Shown here: positions 1 through 8,711 of the stretch, in pieces
Numbering within the stretch: the stretch's first letter is position 1
Layout: each line of letters starts with the position of its first letter
NCBI GenBank assembly: GCA_030429765.1
Contig: JAUIER010000001.1
Location: 1,014-65,013 of the forward strand
DNA from: a bacterium
GTDB lineage: Bacteria; Omnitrophota; Gorgyraeia; Zapsychrales; Zapsychraceae
Direction: 5' to 3'
DNA length: 64,000 nt
Notes under the pieces: model-generated
Database searches by the model: none
Told to the model about the DNA's origin: nothing
What the model saw: the letters and a program-made list of their open reading frames with translations, nothing else
Position numbers and translations under genes: made by a program

Positions 1-3000
1 AATGAAGGGAATCAAGGATATTACGTCGATCGAACCAATATCATGGGGCAGAACGGTACGCCAAAGTCCGGTCGTGAGGTATTTGTTGATACCACCACCA
101 GCATGGCCGAGTTCTTCCAACGACGAGCCCAGCGAAACGGAAAGCCGATTCGACTGGTGATTAAGCCGGGCATCGGTGGTCAACACACGCCGTTTCAGGG
201 TATCGCGGATGTATTCCAGGTCGTTGTTCCCGAGACCGGAGAAGTCGTTGGGGAATACGAACTAGGCAAAAATTATGAAGAGTCTATCAACAACGCCTTG
301 CAGCAATTGGGAGCGACATGGGATCAGGTTGCCGTTATTCCAAGCTCCAAGTCAGGTTCTACCGATGAGACGATGATGATCTTTGTTGATGTCCTCAAAG
401 CCGGATTGAAAAATGTGGCGAATATGCGGGGGATTGACGGAGAAATTTTTGCGGATGCGACGATCAACTATTTAAATCGTATCAACATTGTCGATGGACA
501 AGAAGTTGCCGGAGAGGATCTCTTCAAAGATTTTGATTTCGACACGCTGGTTTCCGAGATATCTGCCAGAGATTCTAGAGTCAATGCTCAGGTTTCAATG
601 GCCGTTTTTCGGACCGTTTTAGGGAATATGTTTTTCGAGACGACGGATCGACCGGAGGCATCAAGACTGTCGGCGTTTATCCGAAATTCCGGATTGGATC
701 AGGTGTTGGGTGAAGACGCGCCGGGGTTTGGCGCAATGTTCGATAATGTCGGCGGACGCTGGACGGGTGATCTGCATATGATGGCGTTCCTCGCCTTCAA
801 CAATCTTAACCCGAATGAATATTGGCAAACCCGCTACGAGGGCATTCAGTCGGTGAGAAACGGGACACACACGGGTGTTGTCTTGGCCGACAAAATTGTC
901 AATGAACGGATTCAGAAGATCGCGCTGGTTGTTCCCGACGAGTATTTCTGGGCGGCCAAGGGGACGGAGCAGAATTTCAATGAAAGTATCTGGCAGGAAG
1001 GATTTGCTAACCTGCGAGCGATTAAGGCCAGCAATTGGACGGCGCAGCAGCAATACTACACCGGACCGGGCGCGCTGGTTGTTAACGCGTCAGACCTGGC
1101 AATTGACCAGGGCTACAATGTCTACAATATCGACCGCGTCAATCAGTCAGCAGGGGCACAAACGTTGGCGAATGAGTTTGGAAGATTGTTCACCACATTT
1201 TACGGGATGACGTATACGACCGGAAACCGGTTGATCGCCCGTGCCGTAAACCAGGCGGGTTATGGAACGGAAGATATTGATGTCAACGACCTTAATAATC
1301 CGGCGACACAGATACTTCAGGAAAATTTGTATCTCAGACAACCTTATGTGGAGTTAGGAAAGGGTTTGCTGGAGGCGCGTCTCAAAGAATTACAGACACG
1401 TCAGCAGGCGTGGAGTCAGGCCGGTGCCACAGGAACAAGTCCGGTTCGCCAGTCAGAAGTTGAAATGTCGACTCAAGCCCAGCAGCGACAGGTCACCACA
1501 AATGTGCCGGGTATCAGTCTGAATCGCGTTGAAAACGCGCAGCAAATGGCGGATACCATTACGGCGGCCAGAGTCTATGCTGCGCAAACGGATCGTACAT
1601 TTGTGCCGTTCCTTTATGTAGGCGGTAATGAATACGTTGACCTGCGTGAATCCCTGGTGGACATGGGGGTTGAATGGGTCATGCAGGGAACAGGTGATCA
1701 GCATATCAGCTATCAGCAGGTGTTGGCCAACCCGGATCAATATCTGCCGTTTTTCGTGTCTTTTGTGCCGGCGGCGGACCAGTTCCAGGAAGGAACACCG
1801 GCCATCGGATTTGCGAAGTCTTATTTGGATCGCATCAGTCCGAATGTAGTTAGGGATTATTTTGCCCAGGCATCGTTTGAGGCGTTGACAGATCTTCGAC
1901 GGGATCAAGGCGGTTTAGGTGTTTTCATGCGAACCACGGAAAGCCCGGAACGGGTGGCGGAAGTCAAAGAAGCCTTTCGGCAAAGTTTTGCCCAAGCCTT
2001 GGATGAAGGATCCGATATGGCGATGTTAGCCATTACAACCGAAGAATTGGTTGAACTGGTTTATGAGATCAATGAAATCCTACAGATTTTGACAAATAGT
2101 CGAACTAATTTCCAAGACATCATCACAGAAGCCTTTATCCAATCGGATTCTAATGCCCTGGAGATGAGGGCGAATGAAGGTCGATTACCGGATACATACA
2201 CCGTCGATGCCGAGGTCTTTGTAGAAACCTTGAGTGACGGGATTGATATGGATGTCTCGCGAATCATAGGAGCATTCCTGATTCCTTTTAATTCGCCCCG
2301 GGTCATTCAGATTGGATTGGCCGCGGCCGGTTTAAGCCGAGATAACGCCGGATTCGAGCAGCAGGTCCTGGAAGCGGGTGTTGGCCGGCTGGCCTTGAGG
2401 ACCATATCCGATATGGGATTGAGAAAAGAGATTGCCCGATCGTCAAATCCGGTTGTGTACAGCCGGGCCCAAAGCGTTGACGGAGACCGGCCGGTTTTGG
2501 TTATGGACGGTGAGAATTTAATTAACTTCGCCGCAGGTCTGAATGAACTGGCGATGGCGCTTGCCGGCACAGATGTCAGCCGGTTTGACGCGGTATTGGA
2601 GTCTATTGCCGGTCAGGTGGGCAATTCAATTGAGCTCACGAGCGTATACCAGACGGATATGCTGCAGTTATTGCGAAATTTAGCGCGCAATTTAAATGAA
2701 GATGTCGATCGGCTGCAGGATGCGTTGGGATTGGCCTCGAATGCCGCGATCTACCGGGAGTTTGGTGATGTAGATTTGGGGGCGGACACCCCGCCGGCTG
2801 CGGTTATTTCTTTGGCTCCAGTTCAGCCAATTGAACAACCAGTCGATGCGGCGCAAACGTCCGATGACTTCAGAAAAGGGGGGATTGATTTGAACCCCGA
2901 ACTATTGGATCTGCAGATTAAGCGGGATACAGATGGTGTGCCGCTGCCTATTCAGCAGCAGCCGATAGAGAACATGAATATTGACGGATTTTTACCTGTT

Positions 3001-3144
3001 ATCATCAATGTCACACCGATAACAAATTTACCGCTGCTATTGGGTATGGCGGACGGCGAGGCGCTTCCGCAGGAGTTGAGCCTCGAACTCAGTCCAGCCG
3101 ACCACAAGGCCCGGTTAGATGTAGCACATGACGTAGTATCATAA
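1..3144 (+). CDS. Large multidomain protein, 5'-truncated at the window edge. The reading frame is open from nt 1 (N-E-G-N-Q-G-Y-Y-V-D-R-T-N-I upstream of the first Met at 43). The N-terminal ~400 aa resembles a phosphoglucose-isomerase/SIS-like sugar isomerase fold. The C-terminal ~600 aa is unassigned
   Basis: There is no stop codon between nt 1 and the ATG at 43 in frame. Motifs: 'KPGIGGQHTP' (PGI N-terminal GIGGS-like), 'IPSSKSGSTDETM' (SKSGTTxET-like), 'VGGRWTGD' (PGI signature-1-like GGRYS). There is no clear PGI signature 2. The ORF is continuous over 1047+ codons. Confidence 0.55.
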   Translation, partial: NEGNQGYYVDRTNIMGQNGTPKSGREVFVDTTTSMAEFFQRRAQRNGKPIRLVIKPGIGGQHTPFQGIADVFQVVVPETGEVVGEYELGKNYEESINNALQQLGATWDQVAVIPSSKSGSTDETMMIFVDVLKAGLKNVANMRGIDGEIFADATINYLNRINIVDGQEVAGEDLFKDFDFDTLVSEISARDSRVNAQVSMAVFRTVLGNMFFETTDRPEASRLSAFIRNSGLDQVLGEDAPGFGAMFDNVGGRWTGDLHMMAFLAFNNLNPNEYWQTRYEGIQSVRNGTHTGVVLADKIVNERIQKIALVVPDEYFWAAKGTEQNFNESIWQEGFANLRAIKASNWTAQQQYYTGPGALVVNASDLAIDQGYNVYNIDRVNQSAGAQTLANEFGRLFTTFYGMTYTTGNRLIARAVNQAGYGTEDIDVNDLNNPATQILQENLYLRQPYVELGKGLLEARLKELQTRQQAWSQAGATGTSPVRQSEVEMSTQAQQRQVTTNVPGISLNRVENAQQMADTITAARVYAAQTDRTFVPFLYVGGNEYVDLRESLVDMGVEWVMQGTGDQHISYQQVLANPDQYLPFFVSFVPAADQFQEGTPAIGFAKSYLDRISPNVVRDYFAQASFEALTDLRRDQGGLGVFMRTTESPERVAEVKEAFRQSFAQALDEGSDMAMLAITTEELVELVYEINEILQILTNSRTNFQDIITEAFIQSDSNALEMRANEGRLPDTYTVDAEVFVETLSDGIDMDVSRIIGAFLIPFNSPRVIQIGLAAAGLSRDNAGFEQQVLEAGVGRLALRTISDMGLRKEIARSSNPVVYSRAQSVDGDRPVLVMDGENLINFAAGLNELAMALAGTDVSRFDAVLESIAGQVGNSIELTSVYQTDMLQLLRNLARNLNEDVDRLQDALGLASNAAIYREFGDVDLGADTPPAAVISLAPVQPIEQPVDAAQTSDDFRKGGIDLNPELLDLQIKRDTDGVPLPIQQQPIENMNIDGFLPVIINVTPITNLPLLLGMADGEALPQELSLELSPADHKARLDVAHDVVS

Positions 3145-3220
3145 AGACGTCTGCAGCTGATGGGGCACCAGATTGTCCATATCGGCTGTTTGTTCCGATT
3201 CCCCAATCGACAATGTCGAA

Positions 3221-3279
3221 ACAGGGGACACAAACTAGATTCTATGTGCAGAAAATAGGGCGATGTCCCCTGTTTTTTG
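3221..3279 (+). terminator. Candidate rho-independent terminator after the large gene. A perfect 10-bp inverted repeat ACAGGGGACA...TGTCCCCTGT is followed by a T-run
   Basis: Positions 3221-3230 are the exact reverse complement of 3264-3273, followed by TTTTTTG. The loop is long (33 nt), which lowers confidence. Confidence 0.4.
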
Positions 3280-3455
3280 ACAATCCGACCTTCCTTTAAG
3301 CTAAATTTTGCTGGCTTACCGTACCAAATCATATATAATAATACTGTTATAGTTAAAGATTCTTACATCAGATCAAATAATTCTGGCATGCATGGACTTA
3401 CGTCCGAATTCCACCGCCGGAGTTTGATCTCAAATCCTACATAATAGATACCAAA

Positions 3456-4523
3456 ATGGTCAACATTGGACTGATCGGCTGCGGATATTGGGGGCCGAAT
3501 TTGCTGCGTAATTTCATGGATTGTCAGGACGCGACCGTGTCGATGGTGGCTGAACTTGATCCTGAACGGATCGAATATATCCAGCAAAAGTATCCGGGTA
3601 TCAAGACCACACGCGACTATCATGATTTGTTCGGTGATGCGGTTGACGCGGTCGTTATTGCCACACAACCCGCCACGCATTTTGCGTTTGCCAAAGAGGC
3701 CTTAGAGCACGATAAGCATGTGCTCGTCGAGAAACCATTGGCCAAATCAATCCTGGAGGCTGAAGAACTCGTACGGATCGCCCGGCAGCGCGATCTCAAG
3801 TTGATGGTCGGTCATACATTTGAATACAATGAGGCCGTCCGGGAGCTTAAACGGCAGATCCAGCAGGGAACCGTCGGCAAGCCGTATTATCTGTATTCTC
3901 AACGGCTGAATTTCGGTATTGTCCGCAAGGATGTCAATGCGCTATGGAATCTGGCCCCGCATGATGTCTCTATATTGATCCATTTGCTTGAAACCATGCC
4001 CGAGGCGGTGAGCTGCCGCGGGTATGATTTTATTCAACCGGGCATCGACGATGTAATCTTTATGGTGCTGCATTTTCCCAACAATATCATTGCCCACGTT
4101 CAGGTCAGCTGGCTGGACCCGAGCAAAGTCCGCAAAATGACTGTCGTCGGCAGCGATAAAATGATCATATATAACGATATGGATGATCACAAGATCCAGA
4201 TTTATGACAAGGGGATAAAGGTCCAGAATATGGATGAATCGCTGGGACCGTACGATGATTTTGGAAAATATCAGCTGATCAAGCAGGCCGGTGATGTGAG
4301 TTTTCCCAAAATAGATTTTAAAGAACCCCTCAAGGCCGAGTGTGACGATTTCGTAAACAGTATTGTTAACGATACTCAACCGCTGGCCAACGGTGAGAAT
4401 GGTCTGCGTGTCGTGCGGGTGTTGCAAACCGCGCAGGCCTCTATGAACTTAAATGGAGTGACGCTCGACGTGAGAAAAGGATCTCCCGAACCCAAACGGC
4501 CGACGATGGCCACACAATTCTAA
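3456..4523 (+). CDS. Gfo/Idh/MocA-family NAD-binding oxidoreductase, WbpB/WlbA/GnnA-like UDP-sugar 3-dehydrogenase
   Basis: N-terminal Rossmann motif 'IGLIGCGYWGPN', 'EKP' motif, 355 aa. It sits immediately upstream of a DegT aminotransferase. It is a paralog of ORF 25437-26453. Confidence 0.8.
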   Translation: MVNIGLIGCGYWGPNLLRNFMDCQDATVSMVAELDPERIEYIQQKYPGIKTTRDYHDLFGDAVDAVVIATQPATHFAFAKEALEHDKHVLVEKPLAKSILEAEELVRIARQRDLKLMVGHTFEYNEAVRELKRQIQQGTVGKPYYLYSQRLNFGIVRKDVNALWNLAPHDVSILIHLLETMPEAVSCRGYDFIQPGIDDVIFMVLHFPNNIIAHVQVSWLDPSKVRKMTVVGSDKMIIYNDMDDHKIQIYDKGIKVQNMDESLGPYDDFGKYQLIKQAGDVSFPKIDFKEPLKAECDDFVNSIVNDTQPLANGENGLRVVRVLQTAQASMNLNGVTLDVRKGSPEPKRPTMATQF

Positions 4524-4528
4524 ATATC

Positions 4529-5647
4529 ATGATCCCACTAGTAGATTTAAGACGACAGTATCAAAGTATCAAAGATGAAGTGCACACGGCCGTCAATGAA
4601 GCCATCGAAAGCATGGCCTTCATCAACGGACCGCAGATTAAACAATTTGAACGGGACTTCGCACGGATCTCGGGCGCCAAATTCGGCGTCGGTGCCAGTT
4701 CCGGAACCACCGCGTTACAATTGGCTTTAACGGGACTGGGCATTGGTCACGGCGATGAGGTGATCACGGTACCCAACACATTCATCGCGACCACCGAAGC
4801 CATCACGCATAGCGGCGCGCGGGTTGTGTTTGTTGATATCGACGAGCAAACGTACAATATCGATGCGTCCAAGATTGAGGCCGCCATTACGGATAAGACC
4901 CGGGCGATTATCGCGGTCCACCTGTATGGGCAGCCGTGTGATATTGAAGGGGTGTTGGCGGTGGCGCGAAAGCATGATCTCAAGGTGATTTTTGACGCGG
5001 CGCAGGCGCATCTGGCTGAGTATGATGGTAATCCAATCGGCGGGTATGGCGACGCGGTCTGCTATAGTTTCTATCCCGGGAAAAATCTGGGGGCGTACGG
5101 GGACGGAGGTATTGTCCTGACAAACGATGAAGATTTGGCCAAGCGGATGGAGATGCTGGCCGATCACGGGCGCGAAGAAAAGTACGCGCATTTGATGGAA
5201 GGGTTTAATTACCGGCTGTCAGAGATTCAGGCCGCCATTCTGAATGTCAAACTCAAGTATTTACCCGAGTGGACCAAGTCGCGGCAGATGCTCGCCCGGG
5301 AATACGGAAGATTGCTGCAAAGTATGGATGTAGTTTTACCGTATGTCGACGAGAAAATGAGCCATGTGTTTCATTTGTTTGTTGTTCGGCTGCAGCATCG
5401 TGATGAGATAAAATCATATTTAAATGATAAGGGCATCGGTGCTGGAATACACTATCCGATCACCCTTCACACACAGAAGGCGTATAGCTATATGAACCAC
5501 GCGCCGGATGATTTTCCTGTGGCTGAAAGATGCTCCAAGGAAATCCTGTCATTGCCGATGTTTCCTGAATTAACAATCGAGGACCTGCAGTTGATCGTCC
5601 GGGAGCTGGCATCCGCCCAGGACAAATCCAGAACGCAATATGTATAG
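4529..5647 (+). CDS. DegT/DnrJ/EryC1/StrS-family PLP-dependent sugar aminotransferase (WbpE/GnnB-like)
   Basis: 'FYPGKNLGAYGDGG' Lys-PLP motif and the family-typical N-terminus 'IPLVDLRRQY'. The start is 6 nt after the oxidoreductase stop. Confidence 0.85.
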   Translation: MIPLVDLRRQYQSIKDEVHTAVNEAIESMAFINGPQIKQFERDFARISGAKFGVGASSGTTALQLALTGLGIGHGDEVITVPNTFIATTEAITHSGARVVFVDIDEQTYNIDASKIEAAITDKTRAIIAVHLYGQPCDIEGVLAVARKHDLKVIFDAAQAHLAEYDGNPIGGYGDAVCYSFYPGKNLGAYGDGGIVLTNDEDLAKRMEMLADHGREEKYAHLMEGFNYRLSEIQAAILNVKLKYLPEWTKSRQMLAREYGRLLQSMDVVLPYVDEKMSHVFHLFVVRLQHRDEIKSYLNDKGIGAGIHYPITLHTQKAYSYMNHAPDDFPVAERCSKEILSLPMFPELTIEDLQLIVRELASAQDKSRTQYV

Positions 5648-6584
5648 AGACAAGAAAATTGCGCTGGTGATTCCCGCGTACAATGAATCCCGACTGATTC
5701 AGCCTACCCTGAAGAATGTTCCCGAAGTGATTGATAAGATTTACGTGGTCGATGACTGCAGTACGGACAATATGACCAGTGTTGTCCAGTCGTTGGCTAA
5801 GGAAGATCCGCGCATCGAGCTTATTGAACATGAAGAAAATCAAGGGCCGGGCGGCGCGATTATCACCGGCTATCGGGCGTCTTCGAGAGATAACTATGAT
5901 ATCGCCGTTGTCGTCGGGGGAGATTATCAAATGCCTCTCGACGAAGTCCACGCGTTTCTTGATCCGTTGATCGATAAACAAGCGGACTACACCAAAGGTA
6001 ACCGATTTTTTGTCTGGGACAAGACACGTTCCAAGATGCCCAAGATCCGGATCTTCGGAAACATTATCATCACTGCCATGACCAAGATCGCGTCGGGTTA
6101 CTACAAGATCATGGATGTCGTCGACGGATATACCGCCATTACCAAACAGGCGATTGATATTGTCGACTGGGATATTGCCTGGAAGCGCTACGGTTATCCC
6201 ATGGATTTCCTGATCAGACTAAACGCGTACGGACAGAAGGTCAAAGATATTCCACGTACGCCGATTTATCTGGAAGGCGAGCGGCAATCGCAGATCAAGG
6301 GATTGCGTTATGCCATACGCGTGGCGCCGATGCTGATCCGCGGATTTTTCTGGCGCATGTTTTTCCGATATATCTACCTGGACTTTCATCCGCTGGTCTT
6401 GTTTTTTATCTGCGGGATTCTGCTGTTCCCCTTCGGCGTGGCCTTAGGATTTGAATTGATCTACCGGGAGTTCTTTGCCGGCGGAGCGACAGGGCCCAAG
6501 GCGATACTCTGTGCGTTGTCTATTATCACGGGGCTGCAGTTCTTATTGTTCGGTATGTGGTTCGATATGGAGATGAGCAAGTAA
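5640..6584 (+). CDS. Family-2 glycosyltransferase with C-terminal TM helices (polyprenyl-phosphate sugar synthase, GtrB/ArnC/DPM1-like)
   Basis: 'IPAYNE...VVDDCSTD' GT2 DXD-type N-terminus. Two C-terminal hydrophobic helices. There is an 8-nt overlap with the upstream gene. Confidence 0.8.
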   Translation: MYRDKKIALVIPAYNESRLIQPTLKNVPEVIDKIYVVDDCSTDNMTSVVQSLAKEDPRIELIEHEENQGPGGAIITGYRASSRDNYDIAVVVGGDYQMPLDEVHAFLDPLIDKQADYTKGNRFFVWDKTRSKMPKIRIFGNIIITAMTKIASGYYKIMDVVDGYTAITKQAIDIVDWDIAWKRYGYPMDFLIRLNAYGQKVKDIPRTPIYLEGERQSQIKGLRYAIRVAPMLIRGFFWRMFFRYIYLDFHPLVLFFICGILLFPFGVALGFELIYREFFAGGATGPKAILCALSIITGLQFLLFGMWFDMEMSK

Positions 6585-6612
6585 TCCGACGGCTATCCGG
6601 AAAGTATCATTT

Positions 6613-7653
6613 ATGCGAATTGTAGTTGATATAGGACATCCCGCCCACGTTCACTTCTTTAAAAATTTTATCCACGAATACCGCCGACGGGGACATGAGA
6701 TCATGTTAACCACGACGGATAAGGACATCGCCCTCGAGCTGCTTAATGATTATGGATTTGAATACACGCTCCTGGGACGCACGGGCAAGTCTCTGTTACG
6801 TAAAGTACTGAGTATCCCGATCCTGGATTGGCGTCTTTATCAAGCCGTCAGACGGTTCAAACCGGACCTCTTTATGGGATTGGGATCTATCCGTTGCGCC
6901 CATATCGCTCGGCTGACGGGTAAGCGCTCCATCATCTTCAATGATACCGAGGCGACGATCAAAGAACATATCCTTTATTACCCGTTCGCCGATCGCGTGG
7001 TTTCACCGAGATGTTTCGGCCGGGATTTCGGTAAAAAACATATCCGTTATGACGGCTATCATGAACTGGCTTATCTGCATCCGGATCGCTTCACGCCGGA
7101 TCCCACCGTTCTGCAGGAATTGAATATTTCACCTGATGAAAAAATATTTATCGTTCGCTTTATTTCGTGGGAGGCCACCCATGATATTGGACAGCGGGGA
7201 TTTACCGATGAAGGCAAGAGACGGTTGATCAATGCGCTCGATCAGCATGGACGGGTGATTATCACCTCTGAAGGATCATTGCCGGACGACCTTCAGAAAT
7301 TCCAAATGCGGATCAGTCCGACCCGCATGCATGATGTGCTCGCGCATGCCACGATGTGTATCGGCGAGGGGGCGACAATGGCCTCGGAGGCCGTTGTGCT
7401 GGGGATTCCGGTTGTTTTCTTAAGTACATTGGTACACAATTATCTGCATGAACAGGCGGATGAATATCAGTTGATGCATATCTTCAATGAGCAGGAAGGA
7501 GCGATCCGTAAAGTCGAAGAGCTTTTGCAAGTGCCTAATCTGCGCGAACAATGGCAGTCTCGACGAGAACGGATGTTGGCCGACAAGGTCGATGTCACGG
7601 CGTTTATGCTGGACTTTGTGGATCAGTTTGCACGAGAGTTGATCAAGTCATGA
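6613..7653 (+). CDS. DUF354-like protein (predicted GT-B-fold glycosyltransferase/epimerase-like)
   Basis: The N-terminus 'MRIVVDIGHPAHVHFFKNFI' matches the DUF354 signature as I remember it. 346 aa. Confidence 0.5.
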   Translation: MRIVVDIGHPAHVHFFKNFIHEYRRRGHEIMLTTTDKDIALELLNDYGFEYTLLGRTGKSLLRKVLSIPILDWRLYQAVRRFKPDLFMGLGSIRCAHIARLTGKRSIIFNDTEATIKEHILYYPFADRVVSPRCFGRDFGKKHIRYDGYHELAYLHPDRFTPDPTVLQELNISPDEKIFIVRFISWEATHDIGQRGFTDEGKRRLINALDQHGRVIITSEGSLPDDLQKFQMRISPTRMHDVLAHATMCIGEGATMASEAVVLGIPVVFLSTLVHNYLHEQADEYQLMHIFNEQEGAIRKVEELLQVPNLREQWQSRRERMLADKVDVTAFMLDFVDQFARELIKS

Positions 7654-8711
7654 AATTATTGATCGCAGCGCGGCTTAATTCGGAATATAAATTACGGACG
7701 ACCCTCGAGCCGATTCTGCAATTATCGATGATCGATCAGGTGTATCTGGTGCGGCGATATCCGATCGAGCTGCCCAAGACCATCTGCTATAGCCCGCCGG
7801 TTCTACTTCGCAAATCTATCCTTACGACCGAACTCTACCGTGTATGGAAGATCATGATGCTTTGTCTGTTCAAACGGCCGGACGGACTCATGGGGATTCA
7901 CTTTATCTTTCATTGCGTCTATACCGCGCTGGCGAAAATGATCTTCCGTATCCCTTTGATTATGCTGATCATCGAAAGCCCGGATAAATACCGACAGCAT
8001 CCTGTTTTCAATTTTCTGATGAGACGGGCGGATCTGGTGGGGGTGAGAGGGAATAATTCCCTGAAGTTTTTATCGAACACCGCGAAGGTCGACGAACCCC
8101 GCATATTTGTTACACCCGATGTTCATCGCTTTCAGAATCCCGAAGAGATCAAGGAAGCGGAAAAAAATTATGATTTGGTCTTTGTCGGATATTACACCAA
8201 GGCCAAGCGTATCGATATTCTGCTGGAGGTGGTTGACCGGATCCGGCAGCAAAAACCGGATGTGAGTCTGGCCCTCGTCGGAGATGGCCCCCTACATGAT
8301 TCGGTGGTGGAAAAGATTGACCAATTGGGATTGCATGACAATGTGGACCGGTTGGGGCATGTCAAAAGCATCTATCCTTATCTGAAAAGTTCGCGGATTT
8401 TTATCATGACGTCCCAGACAGAAGGATTGCCAACGGTGCTGCTGGAGGCCCTGGGGTTTGGATTGCCGTTCGTGGTGCCGGATGTAGGCGATGTCCGGGA
8501 CCTGGCGATCGACGATTACAACGCGATTGTGGTTGAAAAATTGGATGTCGACGCATTTGCCGCCGCCTGTCTCAAACTATTAGAGGATGATGAATATTAC
8601 CAAACGGTTCACGCCAATGCCTGCGCGTTTCGGGATGAACTAAAAGACCGCCATCGGTTTGAGTCGGTCCAGCGGCTGTGGGAAGAAAAGCTGAAGGTGA
8701 CGCTTCAATGA
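7650..8711 (+). CDS. Family-4 (GT-B) glycosyltransferase
   Basis: 'EGLPTVLLEALGFGLPFVVPDVGD' EX7E motif. The track ORF starts at 7551 but overlaps the previous gene. An ATG at 7650 forms an ATGA overlap with the upstream stop and gives 'MKLLIAARL...'. Confidence 0.75.
   Translation: MKLLIAARLNSEYKLRTTLEPILQLSMIDQVYLVRRYPIELPKTICYSPPVLLRKSILTTELYRVWKIMMLCLFKRPDGLMGIHFIFHCVYTALAKMIFRIPLIMLIIESPDKYRQHPVFNFLMRRADLVGVRGNNSLKFLSNTAKVDEPRIFVTPDVHRFQNPEEIKEAEKNYDLVFVGYYTKAKRIDILLEVVDRIRQQKPDVSLALVGDGPLHDSVVEKIDQLGLHDNVDRLGHVKSIYPYLKSSRIFIMTSQTEGLPTVLLEALGFGLPFVVPDVGDVRDLAIDDYNAIVVEKLDVDAFAAACLKLLEDDEYYQTVHANACAFRDELKDRHRFESVQRLWEEKLKVTLQ

Noticed and set aside
661-1341. Several ORFs (661-1053 -, 875-1210 +, 1147-1341 -) overlapping the large + strand gene
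   Set aside because: They are entirely nested in, or antisense to, a long continuous coding ORF. They are arginine/proline-rich, as is typical of off-frame translations, and have no start context
3942-4427. 161-aa antisense ORF inside the oxidoreductase gene
   Set aside because: It is antisense to a confidently assigned gene and has no RBS
7551-7649. The upstream part of track ORF 7551-8711, which overlaps the DUF354-like gene by ~100 nt
   Set aside because: An internal ATG at 7650 gives an ATGA stop/start overlap and a sensible GT4 N-terminus. The extension is probably not translated
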